Positions 28,119-36,622 of a stretch of 41,498 nt of DNA are shown here, piece after piece. The DNA lies in the NCBI GenBank assembly GCA_019694955.1, contig JAIBAX010000043.1, positions 1 through 41,498 of the forward strand, written 5' to 3'. The first letter of the stretch is position 1. Each line of letters starts with the position of its first letter. The DNA comes from Chitinophagales bacterium (GTDB taxonomy: Bacteria; Bacteroidota; Bacteroidia; Chitinophagales; JADIYW01). The translations under genes were made by a program, and so were the position numbers. A model generated the notes under the pieces. That model made no database searches, had not been told where the DNA came from, and saw only the letters and a program-made list of their open reading frames with translations.

Positions 28119-29393
28119 TTAATTTTTCTTGTCAATTATTGCAACATGTGTAGGATAAGTGCCTCTTATGCAGTCACCGATGCCGTATGTTTTCACGTTC
28201 ATGTCTTTAAAAATATCTTGAATCATAGATTCGAACTCATGTTGGCCCATTTCATATTTATGGTCTTCATGTCTGAAATTACCGTCAAGTTCATAGTGCT
28301 GATTAAAATCGCCATTGGGTGTGGTGATGATGATGCGCAAGAAATCCAATCCCGCCACTTCTTTGAGGAAGGTAATGGAATCTTCGACCGTGTTATGTTC
28401 TATCACCTCTGAAATGATGATATTTACAGGCTCGTCAATGTCTATATCTGCCAGTTCGGTACTAAATGTCAACAAGGGGTAGTCCCGTTGGTACTTTGCA
28501 GCGATTTCTCCAAAGGTTTCTTCCCTGTCGACGGCAAAATATGGGCGTTTAAATCCTTTGTTTCTGAACATCTTAAAGTATTGTAACTCACCGCAGCCAA
28601 TATCTAAAATGGGGTGCTCCAGTCCGATGGCTTTCAATACTTCTATTTTTCTGGTTTGGTAATTGTCTGTAAAGGAGAATTTTATTTCGTGGTTGAAATA
28701 CGCCTCTACTACGGGTTGTATCGTTTCGAATGCCTTTTCTGAACGGATACATTTTTTGATGAACAGGTAAAATACGAAATAGGGCAAGTGTTCAATATTG
28801 GTCATAATCCTTACATACTTCAGGTACCATTCTTCGTTGAGGTATGCGGATGGGTATGAATTGGTAATATCGATTAGGCAGGCAATTAGTGCCAATAAAT
28901 TCATGGCTTCGAAAAGGTTGCCAGCCTCAATCTTGAGATGGTAATTGTTACCGATGACATGGGTTAATGAAACGCCTTTAATATATTTTCCCAATAAAAA
29001 ACGCCCATTTCGATACCAAGAACTGTCGAGATAAAAATTGGGTACTTCAATAACCGCCGGAGTATGGTCGATGGTTTCATAGGTTTTGTCTAACCAACTG
29101 ACGACTTTTGCCTGATAAGTTTGTTTCTCTATGATAAGATGGCTGAAAAACTGGTTGATGATCTGCAAAACTACACCGGGATTACAATAGGATTGGAAAT
29201 CCATCTGCCCTCTTTCGGTTTGGAAGCTATCTTTAGTATCTTGAAAGATAACTTCATAGTGATGTGCATCCACGCAATTGCCCACCATTACGCCATTTTT
29301 AAGCGGTTTTAGGTATAATCCCAAATCTGTTCCCGGATTTTTATTCAGAATATCCAAGAAATAAGCATTCTCGCAACTTATTTTAATAATCAT
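28119..29393 (-). CDS. hen1: Bacterial Hen1, RNA 3'-terminal ribose 2'-O-methyltransferase
   Basis: C-terminal methyltransferase with SAM motif ILDIGCGE and the Hen1-specific metal-binding EVIEH ... FRHEDHKYEM motifs. It has an N-terminal ~200-aa domain as in bacterial Hen1. Confidence 0.8.
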   Translation of the reverse strand: MIIKISCENAYFLDILNKNPGTDLGLYLKPLKNGVMVGNCVDAHHYEVIFQDTKDSFQTERGQMDFQSYCNPGVVLQIINQFFSHLIIEKQTYQAKVVSWLDKTYETIDHTPAVIEVPNFYLDSSWYRNGRFLLGKYIKGVSLTHVIGNNYHLKIEAGNLFEAMNLLALIACLIDITNSYPSAYLNEEWYLKYVRIMTNIEHLPYFVFYLFIKKCIRSEKAFETIQPVVEAYFNHEIKFSFTDNYQTRKIEVLKAIGLEHPILDIGCGELQYFKMFRNKGFKRPYFAVDREETFGEIAAKYQRDYPLLTFSTELADIDIDEPVNIIISEVIEHNTVEDSITFLKEVAGLDFLRIIITTPNGDFNQHYELDGNFRHEDHKYEMGQHEFESMIQDIFKDMNVKTYGIGDCIRGTYPTHVAIIDKKN

Positions 29394-29408
29394 ACATATT
29401 GTTTGAGG

Positions 29409-30320
29409 TTAAAATTCGATTAGTCCCTGATTGACGTTGAAGCAAAATATGCCTTCATCGTACCACATCTTGCAGACTTGCAGTCGGTCATCAACGGCGA
29501 AAAGTACATTATAATTCGGCAAAATTTGTTCGTTTAAGATTTCCGACTTAATGATACTGTCTTTGCGGTAGTCTCCGGTTTTTCGCATCAACAACTGGCA
29601 ATCTTTTATTCCCGTATGTTGTTCAATCCACTTCAAGGATACTTGCTTGTATTTATCTTCTCTTCCGGAAACAAAGATAATGGTGTATTTTATTGCTAAC
29701 GGCACAATAACTTCCACCACAGGTATATTGGGCTGATCTGCTAAGATTTCGGCTTCTTCCGGGTTAAACATATCTCTATTCGTGATACATAATGTACCAT
29801 CGAGGTCGCAGAGGACGGCATAGGGTTTCTCAGGCTGAAAAGGTTGCTGTTTAGCACGGTGTGGGCGGTCTGTTTTTGGTCTATCAGAAAAATCAAAAGA
29901 TTGCACAAGGTGCTTGACGCGGTCAAATCCTGACCGTATTACACCCAAGGGTACTTTTCTGGTTCTTTCTTGGTTGCGCTCTAAAAGTTCTTCCAATGGC
30001 ACTTCGAAGACCTTAAATTTAATGTCTGCAAGATGATTAAACCGTTGGATAATCTCGTCTAAATATTCTTTTTTTGTATGGGTGTTGTCGATGAGCAAGT
30101 TTTTGCCCTTTGCTAATGCTGTACCCATCATTTTATAGGTTATTTCCGTAAGGAGGTCTTCATCATAAAATTCCATTTGCTCAGAAAAGCGCAGCATTTT
30201 TCTAAGATCGTCGCGATTTATCCTAAAGACATCGTGGAATTTTGCATAATATTCGGCAAACGTAGATTTCCCCGAGCAAGGACTTCCTATTAATACCAAT
30301 ATTTGAGGTGCTTTCTTCAT
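29409..30320 (-). CDS. Phage-T4-type polynucleotide 5'-kinase/3'-phosphatase (Pnk: N-terminal P-loop kinase plus C-terminal HAD phosphatase). The ATG at 30320 (MKKAPQILVLIGSPCSGKST) is preferred over 30332.
   Basis: MKKAPQILVLIGSPCSGKSTF...INRDD resembles T4 Pnk MKKIILTIGCPGSGKSTW...INRDD. HAD motif I VLCDLDGTL. C-terminus RKDSIIKSEILNEQILPNYNVLFAVDDRLQVCKMWYDEGIFCFNV resembles T4 [45 protein letters not shown]. Confidence 0.88.
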   Translation of the reverse strand: MKKAPQILVLIGSPCSGKSTFAEYYAKFHDVFRINRDDLRKMLRFSEQMEFYDEDLLTEITYKMMGTALAKGKNLLIDNTHTKKEYLDEIIQRFNHLADIKFKVFEVPLEELLERNQERTRKVPLGVIRSGFDRVKHLVQSFDFSDRPKTDRPHRAKQQPFQPEKPYAVLCDLDGTLCITNRDMFNPEEAEILADQPNIPVVEVIVPLAIKYTIIFVSGREDKYKQVSLKWIEQHTGIKDCQLLMRKTGDYRKDSIIKSEILNEQILPNYNVLFAVDDRLQVCKMWYDEGIFCFNVNQGLIEF

Positions 30321-30367
30321 ATTGCAAACCATTCATTTTGTGGTGCGAAAATAGGAAATCCATCTGT

Positions 30368-30392
30368 AAAATCAACCTCCGAGGTTGATTTT
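30368..30392. repeat. Short form (25-bp palindrome AAAATCAACCTC-C-GAGGTTGATTTT) of the TCAACCTCG..GGTTGA repeat family, between the alpha/beta-hydrolase stop and the pnk start
   Basis: The 12-nt arms are exact reverse complements. It shares the outer arm TCAACCTCG with the 12648 and 36583 elements. Confidence 0.75.
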
Positions 30393-31244
30393 AAGGAAGT
30401 CGTATATCAGCACTGGCAATTCCTCATGGAAAGCGGCACGGTTAAACTCCGGAAGATCGGTGGCAGGAAGGAATCCCGGTTGTGTCATGGAAGCAGGGAA
30501 AGGGCTAATAAAGGAAAAATGTCCTGCATTTTTAATGGTAACAGATGACAGTTTTGTAGCATCGGCAACGCCTTGACGTATAATGTCTTCCGTCCACATC
30601 TTTGGTAGGATGGCATCTTTTTCGGCAATGAGCAGTAAAATAGGAATATTTACTTGCTCCAAAGAATGTGGATGCATGAAATAGGGTGCCGCCGGAGCCA
30701 TGAGTACCAAGGCTTTTAATCTCGCATCTTTAACGGTATCTACACGCTCTCCTGCCTGTGTATAGGGAATACCACCAGCCAATGCTAATGCCGTATAGCC
30801 ACCAAAGGAATGGCCGATTACTGCAATTTTTTCGCTATCTATATGTTCAGCAAAACTGTCTTCCAATAGCGCATCAATGGTCAAACTTACGTGAAATGGG
30901 CGATAACGAAGGTTTTCGATTGTTTTTTCCAAGGCATTATTGTTGCGGTTATTGCCGTAATGTTCTATCATGGCAATTATATAGCCCTGTTTTGCCAGAT
31001 AGGTGCTGATGGTTCTATAAAGAAAATAAGAACCGCTGTTTCCATGAGAGATGATGATTAAGGGAAATTCACCCTCCATAAGGTCGGCATCCACACTTAC
31101 ATCCAGCACGTAGGGACCAAAATTTGTTGGGGAAGAAGGTTGTCGTGTGGGATAATGTATGAGCACAGGGAAGTCAACCTGATGGGTTTCATCTTTTAAT
31201 TGTATGAGTTTACTTCCTGTGAATGTAACTTTTAAATCGTTCAT
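30372..31244 (-). CDS. Alpha/beta-hydrolase (dienelactone hydrolase/PAF-acetylhydrolase-like), first gene of the pnk-hen1-lig string
   Basis: Nucleophile elbow VIGHSFGGYTA (GxSxG). Confidence 0.7.
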   Translation of the reverse strand: MNDLKVTFTGSKLIQLKDETHQVDFPVLIHYPTRQPSSPTNFGPYVLDVSVDADLMEGEFPLIIISHGNSGSYFLYRTISTYLAKQGYIIAMIEHYGNNRNNNALEKTIENLRYRPFHVSLTIDALLEDSFAEHIDSEKIAVIGHSFGGYTALALAGGIPYTQAGERVDTVKDARLKALVLMAPAAPYFMHPHSLEQVNIPILLLIAEKDAILPKMWTEDIIRQGVADATKLSSVTIKNAGHFSFISPFPASMTQPGFLPATDLPEFNRAAFHEELPVLIYDFLKINLGG

Positions 31245-31579
31245 AATAAATTTTTATCTAAAAGATTGCTTTCCTCATCTGTTTCTTTTGAGTCAAGTTG
31301 GAATTTATTAACTCCGAGTTGTCCTTTTTTAAAAACCAAGAGGAATACATAAAATGGTATTATTTGTAACCATCCATGCTGACCAATATCATGACAACGT
31401 TTTGTTCCTTGGGCAATAATCATCCAAAAGAGTGGGATAAATAACAATTCAAAAAATGACAGATTATCATTCACTGAAATAATTTCATTAATTACCTTTA
31501 GACAAATTAAAAAGACAATTAAGGATATAAAATATTCACTTCTATCAATCCTTCCTTCAAGTGAAAAGAAATCTTTCAT
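31241..31579 (-). CDS. DUF805 family inner-membrane protein
   Basis: GRIDRSEYF...TKRCHDIGQHGW signature. It overlaps the hydrolase start by 4 bp. Confidence 0.65.
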   Translation of the reverse strand: MKDFFSLEGRIDRSEYFISLIVFLICLKVINEIISVNDNLSFFELLFIPLFWMIIAQGTKRCHDIGQHGWLQIIPFYVFLLVFKKGQLGVNKFQLDSKETDEESNLLDKNLL

Positions 31580-31585
31580 TATGTA

Positions 31586-32098
31586 TCAATAAGTGTTTAA
31601 AATAACCCAATCAGAGGTATCATTTTTGAAAAGTTGAACATTTAAATCTTTAAATTTCTTACTACCTTTTGCAATAACACATAAATTAACTTCAACTTGA
31701 TTATTTGTTGAAAAATAACTACCCCTTGGTAGGGCAATTATGGTGTTTATCTTTCCAATTTGCTCAACTAAATCCTTGTTAGTTGTAATATAATTTTTAG
31801 AAAACCTAAAGGCGTCAGATGTGGAAAATAAAAATAAAATTGTTATTGCAATCAGCAAATATGCGGATATTAAACATATTGCAATCTTTTCAGAAATTGT
31901 CTTCCCATTATTTTTTTGCTTAATTCTTTTCAGTAGAAAATAAATAATACTAATAAATAGGAAAAACCATCCCAACGTTTTACTTTCCCAGAAAAAATAA
32001 CAACCAATGATTCTACATAGGTAGCCATATAAAAGGAGTAAACTTGTAAGTCCAATTAGAAACTTATCTATGAAATGTTTTTTTTTAAATAAATACAA
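31586..32098 (-). CDS. Hypothetical membrane protein
   Basis: Several TM helices; no recognisable domain. Confidence 0.45.
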   Translation of the reverse strand: MYLFKKKHFIDKFLIGLTSLLLLYGYLCRIIGCYFFWESKTLGWFFLFISIIYFLLKRIKQKNNGKTISEKIAICLISAYLLIAITILFLFSTSDAFRFSKNYITTNKDLVEQIGKINTIIALPRGSYFSTNNQVEVNLCVIAKGSKKFKDLNVQLFKNDTSDWVILNTY

Positions 32099-32120
32099 AA
32101 CGAAATGTTCTTATGGTTTT

Positions 32121-32618
32121 TTACGCAAACTGACAGATAATGCCGCCCATGATAATCAAACATGCTAACCAAAAGCCGCCATTGATGGCAATATAGGCGA
32201 ATGATTTTCTTTCAAATAAGGCATTTATTACTATTGCAGGAAATATAGTAGTCATACAAGCGATACCGCCATGTAATGCACCGTGACCAAATGTTCTGAA
32301 TTCTGTTCCATATTTAGTCATGAAAGATTTATAATACTCTATTGCTTCCGGATCTTTAGCATAGTGTTGTAAAGCCTGAAATACGCCAAATTGGTGCATT
32401 ACGGCTGTGAGTAAACCAAAAGAAATAGCGAGTCCCATAATAAGGGTAAGCCCAAAAATGAGCCACATTTTAGCACCTTTCATTTTGTCTTCGGTCATGT
32501 CTGCGGCTTTCATCCATGCATTTCCGAATACCTTTGGATTATACCAAATAAATCCAATAACCAAGGGAATGAGGGCATTTAATAAAACGACAATCCAATT
32601 AACATTAGGTGTATCCAT
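32121..32618 (-). CDS. DUF1761 family membrane protein
   Basis: N-terminus NWIVVLLNALIPLVIGFIWYNPKVFGNAWM matches the DUF1761 pattern. Confidence 0.6.
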   Translation of the reverse strand: MDTPNVNWIVVLLNALIPLVIGFIWYNPKVFGNAWMKAADMTEDKMKGAKMWLIFGLTLIMGLAISFGLLTAVMHQFGVFQALQHYAKDPEAIEYYKSFMTKYGTEFRTFGHGALHGGIACMTTIFPAIVINALFERKSFAYIAINGGFWLACLIIMGGIICQFA

Positions 32619-32728
32619 GGCATATAATTTTAAAAATTAGAGATAAATGTATGGTTTATTCTTTAATATTTTATTATAATGGTATAAAAAATGCGGTCCA
32701 AGAACCGCATTTTTATGAATAGCACTTT

Positions 32729-33754
32729 TTAGTTGTTATAATAATCTACTTGGGTATAGTTCTTTCCTTCCATGAAAACGCCATCTTTTCTTGCGGCGGG
32801 CGAGATTCTTAAAATCACGTTTTCATTCTCTCCTGTTTCCGGTAATTTTCCAATTACTTTTAATAAAACATAGCGTTGGTTCACTAAATTGGTGACTTTG
32901 ACAATTGTACCAATAGGTGCCGTTTTATGTAGGCAGAAATAATTTGATTTCATCATTGGATTGCCTGTTTCTAACCATGCTGCTGTTCCACGCTCGCTTT
33001 TTGCACCTGTTTTTGAATTGCTTTTTTGCTTTTGATATTCTTCAAACAAGAAATCCTGCTGATCGTTTAAGGCTACTTTTGTTTTAACGGGTTCAGTAGA
33101 AGGTTTGATTTCTTTGACTTCCTTCTTTTCTTCGTCTATAATTTTGATGGCACCAAATGGGCTGACAATGAGTTTTTGCCCGACTTGTATATTGGGATTT
33201 TCACCAAGATTATTCCATTCAACGATTTTTTCTACAGGTTGATTATACGTTCTGGAAATGCCATATAAGGTTTGACCCTTTTCAACTAAATGATAAACAA
33301 TTTTGGTGCTATCAAATTTAATGGGCTTTGGCGTCACTGTGGCATTGATATTATTGGTTGGTTTTGGTGTATTTGCATTCGTATTATTGTTAGCGGTCGG
33401 TTGTTGTTGTGGCTTAACTTCATTTTTTGGTGGCATAGTTGGCTTCACATCCGTTTTGGTAATGGGAGGTTTAGGTGCCATAATCTTTTCATTAAAGGGT
33501 ATTTTTAATATTTGCCCGGGCACAATAACACTATCAACAATGGTAGTATTGTATTTCCACACTTCACTCATGGGCGTGCTGTATTTTTTTGAAATAGAGT
33601 ATAAGGTTTCTCCTAATTCTACTACATGGATAACAAATTCCTGCCCTTCTAATTGAACATTGCAAATGCCCTTATTTCCACCTTGTCCAAAGGAATTTAA
33701 ACTTACCAACGCCGTCAATAAGACAAAAGCAAACTTTTTAAAATAATTCATCAT
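32729..33754 (-). CDS. LysM-repeat peptidoglycan-binding protein (2 LysM domains) with a Pro/Thr/Asn-rich linker
   Basis: HVVELGETLYSISKKYS...PGQILKIP and YHLVEKGQTLYGISRTYN...VGQKLIV are LysM motifs. Low-complexity linker PKPPITKTDVKPTMPPKNEVKPQQQP. Confidence 0.7.
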   Translation of the reverse strand: MMNYFKKFAFVLLTALVSLNSFGQGGNKGICNVQLEGQEFVIHVVELGETLYSISKKYSTPMSEVWKYNTTIVDSVIVPGQILKIPFNEKIMAPKPPITKTDVKPTMPPKNEVKPQQQPTANNNTNANTPKPTNNINATVTPKPIKFDSTKIVYHLVEKGQTLYGISRTYNQPVEKIVEWNNLGENPNIQVGQKLIVSPFGAIKIIDEEKKEVKEIKPSTEPVKTKVALNDQQDFLFEEYQKQKSNSKTGAKSERGTAAWLETGNPMMKSNYFCLHKTAPIGTIVKVTNLVNQRYVLLKVIGKLPETGENENVILRISPAARKDGVFMEGKNYTQVDYYNN

Positions 33755-33849
33755 AAAATTTTTCTAATTTTAGGAACGAAAATTATACCGATTGTTGTTT
33801 AAACTATAATCTTAGTTATCCACAAAAGTGTATATAACAAAAATTAACC

Positions 33850-35205
33850 ATGTATATGAATAGAACTAAAAATTGGTTAAGAGTATTGATAATCAATATT
33901 TTATTGTTTGTTATCTACTCGTTACCCGCACAAAACAAGGTAAAAGTGTATCATTTTACTTTAAGTCAGGAGATCATGCCGGCAGCAAAAAGACATGTCA
34001 CAAAGGCGATTTCAGAAGCAGAAAAATGGAAAGCTGATTATATTATAGTATCCTTGAATACTTACGGTGGTATGGTGGACGTTGCAGATACTATTCGCAC
34101 CAGGCTTTTAAAGACGAAGCCTACAACCATTGTATTTATCCAGAACAATGCCGCTTCTGCAGGTGCCTTGATTGCCCTTTCTTGTGATAGTATTTATATG
34201 GCAAAGGGTGCCAGTATTGGTGCTGCCACAGTGGTTAATGAGTCAGGAGAAAAGCTGCCGGATAAATACCAATCATACATGCGTTCAAAAATGCGTTCAA
34301 CAGCAGAAACCCAAGGAAGGAATCCAACTATTGCCGAAGGAATGGTGGATGAATCAATCTTTATTGCTGGAATGAAGGACACGGGAAAAATTCTCACTTT
34401 CACTACGGAAGAAGCTATAAAATATGATTTCTGTGACGGTTTTGCGGAAAATATTGAAGAAGCCCTGAAAAATGCAGGTGTTACCAACTATGAACTCAAG
34501 TCATATCAGCCAACAGCCTTAGATGCTTTTATTTCTTTTCTGTTAAACCCTATTGTAAACAGTATTTTATTGCTGATGATTGTTGGCGGTATTTTTTACG
34601 AAATGAAAGCGCCCGGAATCGGCTTTGCCTTGGGGTGTGCAATTGTGGGCGCTATCCTATACTTTGCACCACTATATTTAGAAGGTTTGGCCAAGAATTG
34701 GGAAATTTTGGTGTTCCTTGCCGGACTTATTTTACTGGCGCTAGAGATTTTTGTCATACCGGGTTTTGGTATTGCAGGTATCAGCGGGATTTTATGTATC
34801 ATCATCGGTTTAGGGTTGGCATTAATTGATAATGATAAGCTGAACTTTGAAGGTATCGGTATGCTGTCTGTCGGCTGGGCGTTTTTTAGGGTTACTGCAG
34901 TAGTATTTTTTGGACTCATCTTCTTTCTCATATTTGGCAAGTCGATGTTTGAATCGAAAGCCCTTGCGCCGATGATACTGAAGAATGAAGAAACTGCCCA
35001 CCATGGCTTTAGTGTTGCCAGAGCAGACTATAAGCAATTGGGTGGAAAAGAAGGTTTCGCCCTTACTGATTTGCGTCCAAGCGGAAAAGTCTCCATTGAA
35101 GAAGAAGTGTATGATGCACTGACATTGGGAGAATATATTACCAAAGGAACTGCCATTAAGGTTGTCAAACATGAAGGATATTCTATTGTCGTAAAACAGG
35201 TATAG
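33850..35205 (+). CDS. NfeD-family membrane-bound ClpP-class serine protease (stomatin-operon partner protein), with no SPFH gene adjacent here
   Basis: ClpP-like N-domain (YGGMVDVADTI...NNAASAGALIALSCD), central TM helices, C-terminal OB-like NfeD domain. Confidence 0.75.
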   Translation: MYMNRTKNWLRVLIINILLFVIYSLPAQNKVKVYHFTLSQEIMPAAKRHVTKAISEAEKWKADYIIVSLNTYGGMVDVADTIRTRLLKTKPTTIVFIQNNAASAGALIALSCDSIYMAKGASIGAATVVNESGEKLPDKYQSYMRSKMRSTAETQGRNPTIAEGMVDESIFIAGMKDTGKILTFTTEEAIKYDFCDGFAENIEEALKNAGVTNYELKSYQPTALDAFISFLLNPIVNSILLLMIVGGIFYEMKAPGIGFALGCAIVGAILYFAPLYLEGLAKNWEILVFLAGLILLALEIFVIPGFGIAGISGILCIIIGLGLALIDNDKLNFEGIGMLSVGWAFFRVTAVVFFGLIFFLIFGKSMFESKALAPMILKNEETAHHGFSVARADYKQLGGKEGFALTDLRPSGKVSIEEEVYDALTLGEYITKGTAIKVVKHEGYSIVVKQV

Positions 35206-35916
35206 ATGAACATTGTGGGTCTCATACCATCTAGAATGGAGTCACAGCGCTTTCCGGGAAAGCCGTTGGTAGATATCAATGGCATTCCAATGGTAGTACG
35301 CGTATATAAGCAAGCCGCTCGTTCTCCCAATATCGCTAACCTGTATGTATGTACCGACTCTGATGAAATCATCGAAGTACTGAAGGACTGGGATTGTCAA
35401 TATATAAAAACTTCCGCACTACCTATTAATGGTACGGAACGTTGCGCAGAAGCATTGAGTAGCCTTTCAGTGCAACCGGATGCCGTTATCAATATTCAAG
35501 GGGACGAACCATATATACATCCACGCCAGATTACACAAGTAGCAGAACTCTTGGAGGCAGGAGCAGATATTTGTACTTTGGCAAAATCTATTTTCCATAA
35601 GGCCGATATCGAAAATCCACATGTTGTGAAAGTTGACTTTAATGCTTCCGGTTTGGCAACCAATTTTTACCGCAATGTTGCTTTTGATTCCAATCAGCAT
35701 TTTTACAAACATATTGGCATTTATGGTTATACGTATCATTCGTTGCTACATATTGTTCGATTGTCGCCAACAATAAAGGAAAAAGAACGGGCATTGGAGC
35801 AATGGCGTTGGTTGGAAAATGGGTTGAATATTCTTGTAGGAAAAACAAATTTCGATGCCTATTCTGTAGATACTACAACAGATTTAGCATATTTATTGAA
35901 TAAGTTTAAACAGTAA
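35206..35916 (+). CDS. kdsB: 3-deoxy-manno-octulosonate cytidylyltransferase (CMP-KDO synthetase)
   Basis: LIPSRMESQRFPGKPL...GTERCAEA...IQGDEP matches the KdsB signature. Confidence 0.85.
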   Translation: MNIVGLIPSRMESQRFPGKPLVDINGIPMVVRVYKQAARSPNIANLYVCTDSDEIIEVLKDWDCQYIKTSALPINGTERCAEALSSLSVQPDAVINIQGDEPYIHPRQITQVAELLEAGADICTLAKSIFHKADIENPHVVKVDFNASGLATNFYRNVAFDSNQHFYKHIGIYGYTYHSLLHIVRLSPTIKEKERALEQWRWLENGLNILVGKTNFDAYSVDTTTDLAYLLNKFKQ

Positions 35917-36485
35917 TGATGAGATACTTTTTTTGTTTACTATTACCACTCATCCTCTTTTCTTGCAAGGCTGGAAAAGAAATTAAAGACGCCAATCATT
36001 CAACGGAAGCGCCTAAAAAGCCGACCCATCAGGTGAAACTCATATCCAATAATCTTTCTGAGGAAATCACTTCCAATGATGAATTGAATGTTTATTTGTA
36101 TAAGTTGCCTTCTGATGGTGGTGTTCCCATTCCCCTACTGTTGCGAAACATGGTATATACAAAGTCGGGACAGACCTTGGCATATAATATTGATATGTCT
36201 GCAGTTGACAAAAATGATGAATTGCTTATTGTTGTCATAGAAATGGATAGTAAAAATGAACTGCAACAAATGGAGCCTGTTGTCCGGTTGAATTGGAAGG
36301 ACATTCTTCAAAATCATGACGACCCGAAGTCTGAGGTGTTGCAGAAATTCTTAGGAGACGAGGACTTGCTCATCATCAAGAAATTCACCTTAAAAGAAAT
36401 AGAAAAAGACAAGAACAAAATTGCCATTGAAGGGGTTCATTTGTTTGACAGGTATGATTACTCGCTGTTTATTTTGGCATTGTAA
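35916..36485 (+). CDS. Hypothetical lipoprotein (lipobox LFSC); its start overlaps the kdsB stop (TAATG)
   Basis: MMRYFFCLLLPLILFSCKAG signal/lipobox. Confidence 0.5.
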   Translation: MMRYFFCLLLPLILFSCKAGKEIKDANHSTEAPKKPTHQVKLISNNLSEEITSNDELNVYLYKLPSDGGVPIPLLLRNMVYTKSGQTLAYNIDMSAVDKNDELLIVVIEMDSKNELQQMEPVVRLNWKDILQNHDDPKSEVLQKFLGDEDLLIIKKFTLKEIEKDKNKIAIEGVHLFDRYDYSLFILAL

Positions 36486-36522
36486 CCTCGGAGGTTGGAT
36501 GCGTTTTAACCTCGAGGGTTGA
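36484..36522. repeat. Two half-site copies (AACCTCGGAGGTTGG at ~36484 and AACCTCGAGGGTTGA at ~36508) of the palindromic repeat family
   Basis: Each matches one arm of the full elements. Both sequence subtypes (CGGAGG and CGAGGG) are present. Confidence 0.7.
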
Positions 36523-36582
36523 ATGATTTTATGGTATTATTCTTTTTACAACCTATTGAAAGTAAATATATTGTAAAGTATT

Positions 36583-36622
36583 TCAACCTCGGAGGTTGGT
36601 TGCAACCAACCTCCGAGGTTGA
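36583..36622. repeat. Perfect 40-bp palindrome TCAACCTCGGAGGTTGG-TTGCAA-CCAACCTCCGAGGTTGA abutting the histidine-kinase stop codon. Same family as 12648-12687.
   Basis: The 17-nt arms are exact reverse complements. It differs from the 12648 copy only in the central CGGAGG/CGAGGG and the loop C/T. Confidence 0.85.
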
